In this document: one piece after another, positions 39,459-48,179 of the stretch
Position numbering within the stretch: position 1 is the first letter of the stretch
Layout of the letters: every line of letters begins with the position of its first letter
Origin: an uncultured Algibacter sp.
GTDB taxonomy: Bacteria > Bacteroidota > Bacteroidia > Flavobacteriales > Flavobacteriaceae
Length of the DNA: 64,000 bases
Assembly (NCBI RefSeq): GCF_947487575.1
Contig: NZ_CANKXG010000002.1
Location: 167,179 to 231,178 of the forward strand
Direction: 5' to 3'
The notes under the pieces: generated by a model
Database searches by the model: none
Told to the model about the DNA's origin: nothing
The model's input: only the letters and a program-made list of their open reading frames with translations
Position numbers and translations under genes: made by a program

Positions 39459-40691
39459 ATGAATTCAACTACTCTATTTTACATCATCATCGCCATTATT
39501 GTTATTAATTTTATAGTTGATAAAGTACTTGACGCGTTAAATGCAAAACATTTTAATGACACACTACCTGCAGAATTACAAGATGTTTATGATGATGCTG
39601 AATATAAAAAATCGCAAAACTATAAGGCTACAAATTATAAATTTGGGCTACTAACCTCAACGTTTTCACTTCTTTTAACTTTAGGGTTTTTATGGTTTGA
39701 TGGTTTTGAGTTTGTAGATAACATAGCTCGAAATTATAGTGAAAACCCAATTATTTTAGCACTCATTTTCTTTGGAATTATTATGATTGGTAGTGATATT
39801 TTAACCACACCATTTTCCTACTACAGCACCTTTGTTATTGAAGAAAAATTTGGGTTTAATAAAACCACAGTAAAAACTTTCTTTTTAGATAAAATTAAAG
39901 GTTGGTTAATGATGGCTATTGTTGGCGGTGGTATTCTGGCGTTGATTATTTGGTTTTATCAAGCTACAGGGAAACACTTTTGGTTATATGCTTGGGCTCT
40001 AGTGGCTATTTTTACGTTGTTTATGAATATGTTTTATTCCAAGCTTATTGTGCCGCTTTTTAATAAACAAACACCTTTAGAAGAGGGCACCTTGCGCGAT
40101 AAAATTTCGACATACGCAGAAACGGTTGGATTTAAATTAGATAAGATTTTTGTTATTGATGGCTCTAAACGAAGCACCAAAGCCAATGCCTATTTTTCTG
40201 GGTTTGGTAGTGAAAAACGCGTAACGCTTTATGACACTCTAATTAACGATTTAGAAGATGAAGAGATTGTTGCTGTTCTGGCACACGAAGTTGGACATTA
40301 CAAGAAAAAACACATTATTTTTAATTTGTTTGCTTCTATTTTATTGACGGGTTTGACGCTTTATATTTTATCGTTGTTTATTTCGAATCCGATGTTATCT
40401 CAGGCTTTGGGTGTTGAAACTCCTAGTTTTCATATTGGGCTAATTGCTTTTGGGCTACTCTACTCGCCTATTTCTGAAATTACTGGGTTGATTATGAATG
40501 TATTTTCTAGGAAGTTTGAATACCAAGCGGATGATTATGCTAAAAACACGTATAAGAGCGAACCACTTATTACATCACTAAAAAAACTTTCTAAAAATAG
40601 TTTAAGTAATTTAACGCCACATCCTGCTTATGTATTTATGCATTATTCGCATCCTACACTTTTGGAACGGATTGGGAATTTGAGGAAATAA
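39459..40691 (+). CDS. M48 family Zn metalloprotease (Ste24-like)
   Basis: DGSKRSTKANAYF, AVLAHEVGH, EYQAD, YSHPTL. Confidence 0.93.
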   Translation: MNSTTLFYIIIAIIVINFIVDKVLDALNAKHFNDTLPAELQDVYDDAEYKKSQNYKATNYKFGLLTSTFSLLLTLGFLWFDGFEFVDNIARNYSENPIILALIFFGIIMIGSDILTTPFSYYSTFVIEEKFGFNKTTVKTFFLDKIKGWLMMAIVGGGILALIIWFYQATGKHFWLYAWALVAIFTLFMNMFYSKLIVPLFNKQTPLEEGTLRDKISTYAETVGFKLDKIFVIDGSKRSTKANAYFSGFGSEKRVTLYDTLINDLEDEEIVAVLAHEVGHYKKKHIIFNLFASILLTGLTLYILSLFISNPMLSQALGVETPSFHIGLIAFGLLYSPISEITGLIMNVFSRKFEYQADDYAKNTYKSEPLITSLKKLSKNSLSNLTPHPAYVFMHYSHPTLLERIGNLRK

Positions 40692-41009
40692 GATCATTGC
40701 GAGGCACGATATAATCTCAGAAAATTTTATATCAACAAGTTGTAAAATGATTTTGATTTACTTTATTTGTTTAAAAGATTTCGGCTTGCTTCATTTAACG
40801 TTGAGGTTAAAGTATCTTCTACTGAACTTATTTTAGTATTAAAAGGACACAAATCTACGGGCCATTGCTTGCAATTACAGCTTCGAACAACACAATTTAT
40901 TACAAGTAATTTCTTTTCTCATTTTTGAATCATAACTACATATCTAATAATATTTAGTATCTTAACTTAATCATTGAAATTTTCAAATCCAATGCAAATC
41001 GCAAAATAT

Positions 41010-41897
41010 ATGAAGAGAGTACTCCTTTTAATTCTAATACTATCTTGTCTATCAATGGGAACAAAAGCTGAAAAAGCACTCCCCATCTTAGGAATAGCCC
41101 ATGTGGCGTTTCAAGTATCAAGTTTAGAGCAATCGCGTGCATTCTATACGGCTTTTTATGGATTTGAATTTGCATTTGCTGCGTATGAAGATCAAGAGGC
41201 TTGGTATTTAAAAATAAACGACGACCAGTTTGTGAAGTTAGTCTCAAAACCCGAGGGGACAGATGACAACCGGTTAGTTGAAATCGCATTTCAAGTTTCA
41301 GATATCGAGACTACTATTGCTATGCTCAAAGACAGAGGGCTCAACCCAACGCCTGTAGAAAAAAATTCCGATGGTACCTTAGCGAGTGTTCTAGTAGATC
41401 CAGACGGACATAACCTTAAGTTTGTTGAATACACATCTAATTCCAAGCAAACACTAGCTAAAGGCAAGCATTTAGGGTCTAGGCGAGTTTCCGATCGTTT
41501 GCTGCATGTAGGCATCACTATTACTGATGAAAAGGCGGCCAACACATTGTATCGAGATGCTTTAGGTTTTAAAGAAATTTGGCGCGGATCGCGTAAAGAT
41601 GGTGGTCCAGATGCTTGGGTGAATATGCAGTTACCGGGAGATAGCGGTGACTACGTTGAGTACATTCTTATAAACGATATAAAACTGAGTAGAAGGCAAA
41701 TGGGCACAATGCATCATATGTGCCTTTTAACTGATGATATTCAAAAAGCGCATCGCGATATGTTATTTAATGCCTTACCTGATCTTGAACGTTACGAACC
41801 TTTGGTTGCCCGTAACAACCGCTGGGTGTGCAATGTGCACGATCTCGATGGTACGCGTTGTGAATTAATGGAATCAAAAGAAGCTGTAACTAAATGA
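41010..41897 (+). CDS. Exported two-domain VOC/glyoxalase-family protein
   Basis: Signal peptide from Met at 41010; HVAFQV...FY...GF, DPDG..L.FVE, HVGI, HMCLL, DLDGTR.ELME. Confidence 0.8.
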   Translation: MKRVLLLILILSCLSMGTKAEKALPILGIAHVAFQVSSLEQSRAFYTAFYGFEFAFAAYEDQEAWYLKINDDQFVKLVSKPEGTDDNRLVEIAFQVSDIETTIAMLKDRGLNPTPVEKNSDGTLASVLVDPDGHNLKFVEYTSNSKQTLAKGKHLGSRRVSDRLLHVGITITDEKAANTLYRDALGFKEIWRGSRKDGGPDAWVNMQLPGDSGDYVEYILINDIKLSRRQMGTMHHMCLLTDDIQKAHRDMLFNALPDLERYEPLVARNNRWVCNVHDLDGTRCELMESKEAVTK

Positions 41898-43186
41898 TAA
41901 ATAAGATAATACCACTTCGTTTCTCTCTGCTGAAAATTCTATTTTTAGTGATGAGTCCATTTGTTCTCTCGCAAGCTGGTTTTGCACAAGACGAGTCAGC
42001 CACGGTTTTAGCTGTGAAAGAGCATCCTCATTTCTTTGGTGCAAGACGCGGAGCCTTACCAATTGTGAAACAAGACATTGCGCGAGGTGACACCTCACTT
42101 ATGCCAGCCTATAACGCTCTACTTATCACAGCCAATAAAGCCTTAGCGACTGAACCTCCAACGGTAACTGATAAAAAACGGCATCCTGTTAGCGGAAATC
42201 TGAATGACTATTACACTCAGGCTCCTTACCTCTGGCCCGATCCTTCAAAGCCAGACGGTTTACCATACCTACCAAAGGACGGTATCATCAATCCGGAATC
42301 TCGAAACCCCGATTTTGCGGACTATTCACGCGGTCAAGAAATTGGCCACTTAGTCGAATCGCTTGCCCTCGCATATTACCTCACGGGTAAAGAATCGTAC
42401 GCTGCACATGCAGCTCGATGCCTTCGTGTTTGGTTTATCGATTCTGCTACGCGGATGAACCCACACCTTAAGTATGCACAAGCTGTACCTGGTAGAAACC
42501 AAGGACGTTATATTGGAATGATTGAAGCAGGTGGCGTAGTACAAGCAGTGGATGCTGCTGGTCTTTTAGATGGATCTAAACATTGGAGCAAAAACGACCG
42601 AGCAGCACTAGATATTTGGATAACGAACTTTCTGGATTGGTTTATAAATAGCGAGTATGGTAAAGAAGAAATTCAGATGCGACAGAACCATGGCACTATG
42701 TTCGATGTAAGAGTCGTGCGCTTAGCGCTAGCTTTGGGTAAATACGAACTAGCACGCGAAAGGCTAGAATTGGTAAAAGAGAACCGTATTGCTCGCCAAA
42801 TAGAACCTGATGGTGCCCAACCCATGGAGCTGCGACGCACCAAGTCTTTTAACTACTCCGAAATGAATTTAACGGGGCTTACTGAACTAGCGACACTTGG
42901 AGAGTGGGTTGGAGTAAATTTGTGGTCCTACGAGACAGCAGATGGCCGGAGCATAAGGCGAGCGCTGGAGTTCCTTAGACCTTATGTTGAAGAAGTACCC
43001 GAAGGTTCTCCGCCTAGGGTTTGGCACTACAAACAGGTTGTTCCGTTTCTGCCAGAAATTCTCGCTCCAGCATTTCGTATGGCTAGCATTGGATATCAAG
43101 ATGAGGCATACGAAGCTATTGCTTCTCAGTTCTCTGATTTCAAAGCATCAAGCTTTCAGTTAACACATCCGAAAGGCTCGTTTTAA
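41894..43186 (+). CDS. Alginate-lyase family protein (PF05426-like)
   Basis: Signal peptide; DYYTQAPYLWP, DG..NPE, MNPHL.YAQ..PG, NHGT, I.PDG.QP.EL.RT.SF.YS; ATGA overlap with the VOC gene. Confidence 0.85.
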   Translation: MINKIIPLRFSLLKILFLVMSPFVLSQAGFAQDESATVLAVKEHPHFFGARRGALPIVKQDIARGDTSLMPAYNALLITANKALATEPPTVTDKKRHPVSGNLNDYYTQAPYLWPDPSKPDGLPYLPKDGIINPESRNPDFADYSRGQEIGHLVESLALAYYLTGKESYAAHAARCLRVWFIDSATRMNPHLKYAQAVPGRNQGRYIGMIEAGGVVQAVDAAGLLDGSKHWSKNDRAALDIWITNFLDWFINSEYGKEEIQMRQNHGTMFDVRVVRLALALGKYELARERLELVKENRIARQIEPDGAQPMELRRTKSFNYSEMNLTGLTELATLGEWVGVNLWSYETADGRSIRRALEFLRPYVEEVPEGSPPRVWHYKQVVPFLPEILAPAFRMASIGYQDEAYEAIASQFSDFKASSFQLTHPKGSF

Positions 43187-43396
43187 GGAATTTAGTAGCT
43201 CATTCTGCTTATGTATTTATGCATTATTCGCATCCTACACTTTTGGAACGGATTAGGAATCTGAGGAAATAACGTTTTTTTAAGGCACACCCAGTTCCGA
43301 GTACTTTTCGGGAAAGCAATCTCAAGAATTATCTCCTGCAAAGGCGCTAAATCGTAAAGCTAATACTTGATTTTGTAAAAATTTTCATCTACCTTC

Positions 43397-43446
43397 GTTT
43401 AACGTCGGATATAAAACATTAAAACGTTGTCATATCCGCATAAGTT
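43397..43446 (+). mobile_element. Short attC-like site with overlapping promoter-like TTG-N20-TACCTTCG (43367-43397)
   Basis: GTTTAAC-GTCGG-ATAT...ATAT-CCGCATAA-GTT; same AAC-N5-ATAT / ATAT-N8-GTT spacing as the site at 14585-14716. Confidence 0.55.
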
Positions 43447-43566
43447 GGAGTGAATTCCTGCGTCATTCACTCCAACGTCCCGCGAATAAGATTTGGAGCG
43501 ACTGCCAAAAGGCACTCACACCAACAACGAATAAAATTCATTGAAACAAATCTTATTCGCGGGACG
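43445..43566 (+). mobile_element. Gene-less cassette-like unit (122 bp)
   Basis: TTGGAG...CTCCAAC complementary boxes (12-bp hairpin 43444-43476), then 22-bp perfect inverted repeat (43474-43495/43547-43568) ending G|TTAAACGAA. Confidence 0.5.
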
Positions 43567-43652
43567 TTAAACGAAACTTCAAAATTACACAAAAAAGCAT
43601 TAAACAGATTAGCACAGTCGTACCTCCTTGGCAATGACGTTGGCAGATACTT

Positions 43653-43801
43653 GCGTTAGGGATTGCAGCGGCATCCTTTTTTTAAAACACCCAAAAATTT
43701 TATTTAGAATTAGGTTTAGGCAGATTGCCACGTCGAAAACTCCTCGCAATGACGTAAAAAAAGATATAGCGTAAAGCCCGACCCTTGTGGTAACGCCCAA
43801 A
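43653..43801. repeat. Flavo-1-like repeat, copy D (inverted), with nested REP at 43722-43754
   Basis: GCGTTAGGGATTGCAGCGGCATCC...AAAGCCCGACCCTTGTGGTAACGCCCAAA. Confidence 0.75.
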
Positions 43802-43866
43802 TAATTATAAGAAACCAACTAATTTTAAAAAGATTCCCTCCTTCGAGGGAATGACGATTATTTATC

Positions 43867-43874
43867 TATCTTTG
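43867..43874 (+). promoter_or_regulatory. -7 promoter box (TATCTTTG) for the DEAD-box helicase gene, implying an approximately 120-nt 5' UTR
   Basis: Exact TAnnTTTG match. Confidence 0.6.
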
Positions 43875-43999
43875 CGCCTTGAAACTCAAAATGAGTTTAC
43901 TCCTCAGGGTGAGGATGTGTTACTGGAAGTTTAAGTTTAGTATGTCGATGCGCTTCTTTATGTAACACCACATAACAATATCGCATACATTAAACAATA

Positions 44000-45814
44000 A
44001 TGAGCACATTCCAAGATTTAGGTCTTAATGACGACCTATTACAAGCCATTACAGATTTAGGATTTGAAAAACCTAGTGAAGTACAAGAAAAAGCAATCCC
44101 AATTTTATTAGAGTCTGAAACCGATTTAGTGGCTCTGGCCCAAACGGGTACGGGTAAAACCGCCGCATTTGGTTTCCCGATGTTAGAGAAAATTGATGTA
44201 GCTAGTAGAACCACGCAGGGTTTAATTTTATCGCCTACCAGAGAGCTTTGTTTACAGATTACCAACGAGATGAAATTGTATGGTAAATATTGTAAGGGGC
44301 TTAATGTGGTAGCGGTTTACGGTGGATCGAGTATTACAGACCAAGCACGTGAGATTAAACGTGGTGCACAAATAATTGTGGCGACTCCAGGCCGTATGAA
44401 AGATATGATTAACAGACGTTTGGTTGATATTTCTAAAATCCAGTATTCGGTTTTAGATGAGGCTGATGAGATGCTTAACATGGGCTTTAAAGAGGATATT
44501 ACTGATATTTTATCGCACACACCAGAGGATAAAAACACGTGGTTATTTTCTGCAACAATGCCTCGTGAGGTGTCTAGAATTGCTAAAAACTTTATGCATA
44601 ACCCACAGGAAATTACTGTTGGAAATAAGAATGAGAGTACAAGTAATGTATCTCATGAATATTATTTAGTAAATGCTAGAGATAGATACCAAGCATTAAA
44701 ACGTTTAAGTGATGCTAATCCGGATATATTTTCGGTTATTTTTTGTAGAACAAAACGTGATACACAAAAGGTTGCTGAAAAACTGATTGAAGATGGATAT
44801 AGTGCTGGGGCTTTACATGGGGATTTAAGTCAAAATCAACGTGATATCGTGATGAAATCGTTTAGAAACAAACAAATACAAATGCTAGTAGCTACCGATG
44901 TGGCGGCACGTGGTATTGATGTTGATGATATTACACACGTAATAAATTACCAATTACCTGACGAGATTGAAACCTATACGCACCGTTCTGGTAGAACAGG
45001 ACGTGCTGGAAAAACGGGAGTTTCAATGGTTATTGTTTCTAAAAGTGAAGTGCGTAAAATTAAAAGTATTGAGCGCATTATTAAACGCCAATTTGATAAA
45101 AAAGAAATTCCTGATGGTGCTGATATTTGCGAAGTGCAATTGATGTCTTTGGCTAATAAAATACACAACACAGAAATTAATCATGAAATTGATAAGCATT
45201 TGGCTAATATTAATGAGTTATTTGCTGATACGGATAAAGATGAATTGATTAAAAAATTCTTCTCGGTTGAGTTTACTCGTTTTTACAATTACTACAACAA
45301 ATCTAAAAACCTTAATGTAGCAGAAGGTTCTTATGATAGTAGTGAAGGCAGAAGCAGAGGTGGTAAATCTACACGCTACTTTATTAACGTTGGTGGTAAA
45401 GATGGATTTGATTGGATGAAGTTAAAAGACTTCTTGAAAGAGCAATTAGACCTTGGTAGAGATGATGTCTTTAAAGTGGAAACTAAAGACAGCTTCTCGT
45501 TTTTTAATACAGAAAACGAACTTAAAGAGAAAGTATTAGCCCATTTTACCGACTTTAAACATGAAGGTCGTTTTGTAAATGTTGAAGTTTCAGAAAACCG
45601 TGGTGGAGGACGACGTGGAGATAGACGCGGCGGCGGTGGAAGACGTGATGGTGGAAAAAGACGTGACGACAGACGTGGTGGCGGTAAACGCGATGACAGA
45701 AAAGAAAGCTCTGGAAACAGAGGTGATAGACGCAGAAGTGATAGTGGCTCTAAACCTAGACGTTCTAATTCTAGCGATTTTGGAAGTTCTAGACCTAGAC
45801 GTTCTAGACGATAA
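44000..45814 (+). CDS. DEAD-box RNA helicase (DeaD/CsdA-like) with DbpA-type domain and R/G-rich tail
   Basis: AQTGTGKT, PTRELC, DEADEM, SAT, ARGID, HRSGRTGRAG. Confidence 0.96.
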   Translation: MSTFQDLGLNDDLLQAITDLGFEKPSEVQEKAIPILLESETDLVALAQTGTGKTAAFGFPMLEKIDVASRTTQGLILSPTRELCLQITNEMKLYGKYCKGLNVVAVYGGSSITDQAREIKRGAQIIVATPGRMKDMINRRLVDISKIQYSVLDEADEMLNMGFKEDITDILSHTPEDKNTWLFSATMPREVSRIAKNFMHNPQEITVGNKNESTSNVSHEYYLVNARDRYQALKRLSDANPDIFSVIFCRTKRDTQKVAEKLIEDGYSAGALHGDLSQNQRDIVMKSFRNKQIQMLVATDVAARGIDVDDITHVINYQLPDEIETYTHRSGRTGRAGKTGVSMVIVSKSEVRKIKSIERIIKRQFDKKEIPDGADICEVQLMSLANKIHNTEINHEIDKHLANINELFADTDKDELIKKFFSVEFTRFYNYYNKSKNLNVAEGSYDSSEGRSRGGKSTRYFINVGGKDGFDWMKLKDFLKEQLDLGRDDVFKVETKDSFSFFNTENELKEKVLAHFTDFKHEGRFVNVEVSENRGGGRRGDRRGGGGRRDGGKRRDDRRGGGKRDDRKESSGNRGDRRRSDSGSKPRRSNSSDFGSSRPRRSRR

Positions 45815-45915
45815 GTTTAAACCTTTCTGTTAATATTTAGTCAAAATAAAAAGCTTAATTCTATTGCTAAAGTTTTCTTTAGTACTTTTATAAAAAAATT
45901 AGCGTTGAATATTTC

Positions 45916-46692
45916 ATGAGGTATTACCTATTTATCATTTTTATGTTTTGCTTTTCTGCTATTGGTATGGCACAAGAAGCAGATAAGGTTTTAGGTATTG
46001 TACTTAATTCTGCTGATAAAAGTGCCTTAGAAAACGTTAATATTGTAAACCTTAATCAAGTTATAGGAACAACCACGAACAAAAAAGGAGAGTTTCAAAT
46101 TTCGGCTAAAGTTAATGATACGCTTCACTTTTCCTATTTAGGTTTTAAATCCATAAAAGTTAGAGTAACTAATGACTGGTTAAAGTTTGGAAGCTCAAAT
46201 ATTGAACTTACAGAACTCGCTTTAGCACTAGAAGAAGTGGTTGTAAATCAACTAAAGCTTACGGGCTATTTAGAAGTAGATATAAAACAAGTGCCAGATA
46301 TTAACACCAACTACCGTTACAGTATTTCTGGCTTACAAGGCACTGGTTACGAGGCAAGTAAAAAATCTGGATTAACCAAAGTTATAGGCTCCATTTTTAA
46401 CCCTGCCGATTTTTTACATCGTATGTTTGGCAAAAAACCAAACGAGCTGCGTAAGCTCAAAAAGATGAAAGAAGATGATGAGATCCGAAACCTATTAGCA
46501 TCTCGTTTTGATAGGGAAATGCTAACTGTTTTACTACAAGTAGAACGTGTAGATTTGGATGAGATTGTTAGTCAATGCAACTACTCTAGAGGTTTTATAC
46601 AAACTGCCAACGATCTTCAAATACTTGATGCCATTAGTGAATGTTACGAAGAGTACAAACTACTAAGTCGCGGTAGAAGCAGAAAAATTTAA
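45916..46692 (+). CDS. Exported protein with carboxypeptidase-regulatory-like domain
   Basis: Signal peptide; GTTTN..G.F.I....NDTL.FSYLGF. Confidence 0.75.
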   Translation: MRYYLFIIFMFCFSAIGMAQEADKVLGIVLNSADKSALENVNIVNLNQVIGTTTNKKGEFQISAKVNDTLHFSYLGFKSIKVRVTNDWLKFGSSNIELTELALALEEVVVNQLKLTGYLEVDIKQVPDINTNYRYSISGLQGTGYEASKKSGLTKVIGSIFNPADFLHRMFGKKPNELRKLKKMKEDDEIRNLLASRFDREMLTVLLQVERVDLDEIVSQCNYSRGFIQTANDLQILDAISECYEEYKLLSRGRSRKI

Positions 46693-46696
46693 ATTA

Positions 46697-46758
46697 TTTG
46701 GGCGTTACCACAATCCCGATAGCTATCGGGAGGGTTTTCCACTGCAATTCCTAACGCG
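46697..46758. repeat. Flavo-1-like repeat, copy E (short), containing a TCCCGATAGCTATCGGGA hairpin
   Basis: TTTGGGCGTTACCACAA...CTGCAATTCCTAACGCG. Confidence 0.65.
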
Positions 46759-46764
46759 TGTTAG

Positions 46765-47421
46765 CTATTTATTTTCATAAAAGCGTTCAACAATCTCATC
46801 ATAACTTTTAATTGTTTTTTTACACCAATCTAAACGTTTTTCAGCCATTTCATCTTTAGATAATTGCCAATTCATATCTAATTTTCTAAGTTTTGTAGTA
46901 ACATGTTGTAAAATAATGGCTGCCGAAACAGAGATATTCAAACTCTCTGTAAATCCAACCATTGGAATTTTTAAAAAACCATCTGCGCTATCTAAAACTT
47001 CTTTAGATAAACCTTCGGTTTCTCTTCCAAAGAAAAAACAAGACTTTTTAGTTACATCAAAATCATGTAATTCACAATCATCAGTATGTGGTGTTGTGGC
47101 AATAATTTGATAGCCTTTCTGCTTTAAATTTGATATACAATCTTCAACCGAATGGTATCTATTTAAATCTACCCATTTCTGAGCACCCATAGCAATTTCT
47201 CTATCAATATGTTTAGAGTTTTGCTCTTCAACAATATTTAATTCTTGAATTCCAAACACATCACAGCTTCGCATAACAGCACTGGTGTTATGAAGTTGAT
47301 ATACATCTTCTGTAGCAACTGTAAAATGTTTTGTGCGTTGTGATAAAACGTCGCTAAAACGCTCTTTTCTATGTTCTGTTAGGTAGGTTTCTAAATGATT
47401 TAAGAGTTTAAGGTCTATCAT
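46765..47421 (-). CDS. TrmH family tRNA/rRNA methyltransferase
   Basis: HNTSAVMRSCD.FG, AMGAQKW, FGRETEG, IPMVGFTESLNISV; start likely 47421 (upstream ATG lies in a REP). Confidence 0.9.
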   Translation of the reverse strand: MIDLKLLNHLETYLTEHRKERFSDVLSQRTKHFTVATEDVYQLHNTSAVMRSCDVFGIQELNIVEEQNSKHIDREIAMGAQKWVDLNRYHSVEDCISNLKQKGYQIIATTPHTDDCELHDFDVTKKSCFFFGRETEGLSKEVLDSADGFLKIPMVGFTESLNISVSAAIILQHVTTKLRKLDMNWQLSKDEMAEKRLDWCKKTIKSYDEIVERFYENK

Positions 47422-47504
47422 AATTAAGTTAAAAATCGAATTTAATAAAAATGAGTGGATTCCTGCCTTCACAGGAATGACAAATTAATACGTATTTTTA
47501 TAAA

Positions 47505-48176
47505 ATGAAACACCTAGTTATACTTACAGGAGCTGGCATGAGTGCCGAAAGTGGTATAAAAACATTTAGAGATGCTAATGGTTTATGGGAAGGGCACGAT
47601 GTTATGGAAGTGGCTACTCCCGAAGGTTTTGCTGCCAACCCAGAATTAGTGCTAGATTTTTACAACCAACGCAGAAGACAATTATTTGAAGTTAAGCCAA
47701 ATCAAGCGCATTTAGATTTAGCCGAATTAGAAAACAACTTTAAAGTAACTATAGTAACCCAAAATGTAGACGATTTACATGAACGCGCAGGGAGTACTAA
47801 CGTCATCCATTTACATGGTGAATTGTTAAAAGTTAGAAGCACAAAAAACGAAAACGATATTAAAACATGGAAAACCGATTTAGTTTTAGGTGATACTTGC
47901 AAAAAAGGTTATCAATTAAGACCTCACATTGTTTGGTTTGGAGAAGATGTACCCATGATTGAAAAAGCAGTCGAAATTTGTAAAACTGCAGATATTTTAA
48001 TCATTATTGGAACGTCCATGCAAGTATATCCTGCAGCTGGTTTAATGCATTATGTTTCTGAAAACACACCAACTTATTTTATAGATCCGAAACCGAGTAT
48101 TGATAGTAAAGAAAGTTTAACTGTGATTGCTGAAATTGCTTCTGTTGGAGTTAAAAGAATGATAGAATTAATATAA
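47505..48176 (+). CDS. cobB: NAD-dependent protein deacylase (sirtuin)
   Basis: TGAGMSAESGIKTFR, TQNVDDLHERAG, HLHG, RPHIVWFGE, GTS.QVYPAA. Confidence 0.92.
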   Translation: MKHLVILTGAGMSAESGIKTFRDANGLWEGHDVMEVATPEGFAANPELVLDFYNQRRRQLFEVKPNQAHLDLAELENNFKVTIVTQNVDDLHERAGSTNVIHLHGELLKVRSTKNENDIKTWKTDLVLGDTCKKGYQLRPHIVWFGEDVPMIEKAVEICKTADILIIIGTSMQVYPAAGLMHYVSENTPTYFIDPKPSIDSKESLTVIAEIASVGVKRMIELI

Positions 48177-48179
48177 TGA

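Larger units (their letters stand above)
40620..43272. mobile_element. Integrated islet bounded by 72-bp direct repeats (40620-40691 and 43201-43272)
   Basis: Last 72 nt of the M48 gene recur with 3 mismatches 2.58 kb downstream; two cargo genes in between. Confidence 0.8.

Noticed and set aside
40760-40922. Cys-rich small ORF on the minus strand inside the islet (MRKEITCNKLC... / ...CNCKQWPVDLCPF...)
   Set aside because: It needs a frameshift to be continuous and resembles nothing I recognise; too weak to call.
43394-43575. 6S RNA
   Set aside because: The long stems are there, but I could not identify the rod with a central bubble; att-like boxes shared with the 14.6-15.8 kb locus explain it better. 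A cmscan would settle it.
43450-43818. Short ORFs 43450-43659 (+) and 43609-43818 (-), also 21749-21946 (-)
   Set aside because: They are read-throughs of palindromic repeats with no protein-like features.
47505-48176. Sir2 protein as an anti-phage NADase (Thoeris/DSR-like)
   Set aside because: Short stand-alone CobB-type deacylase with canonical motifs among housekeeping genes; no partner genes.
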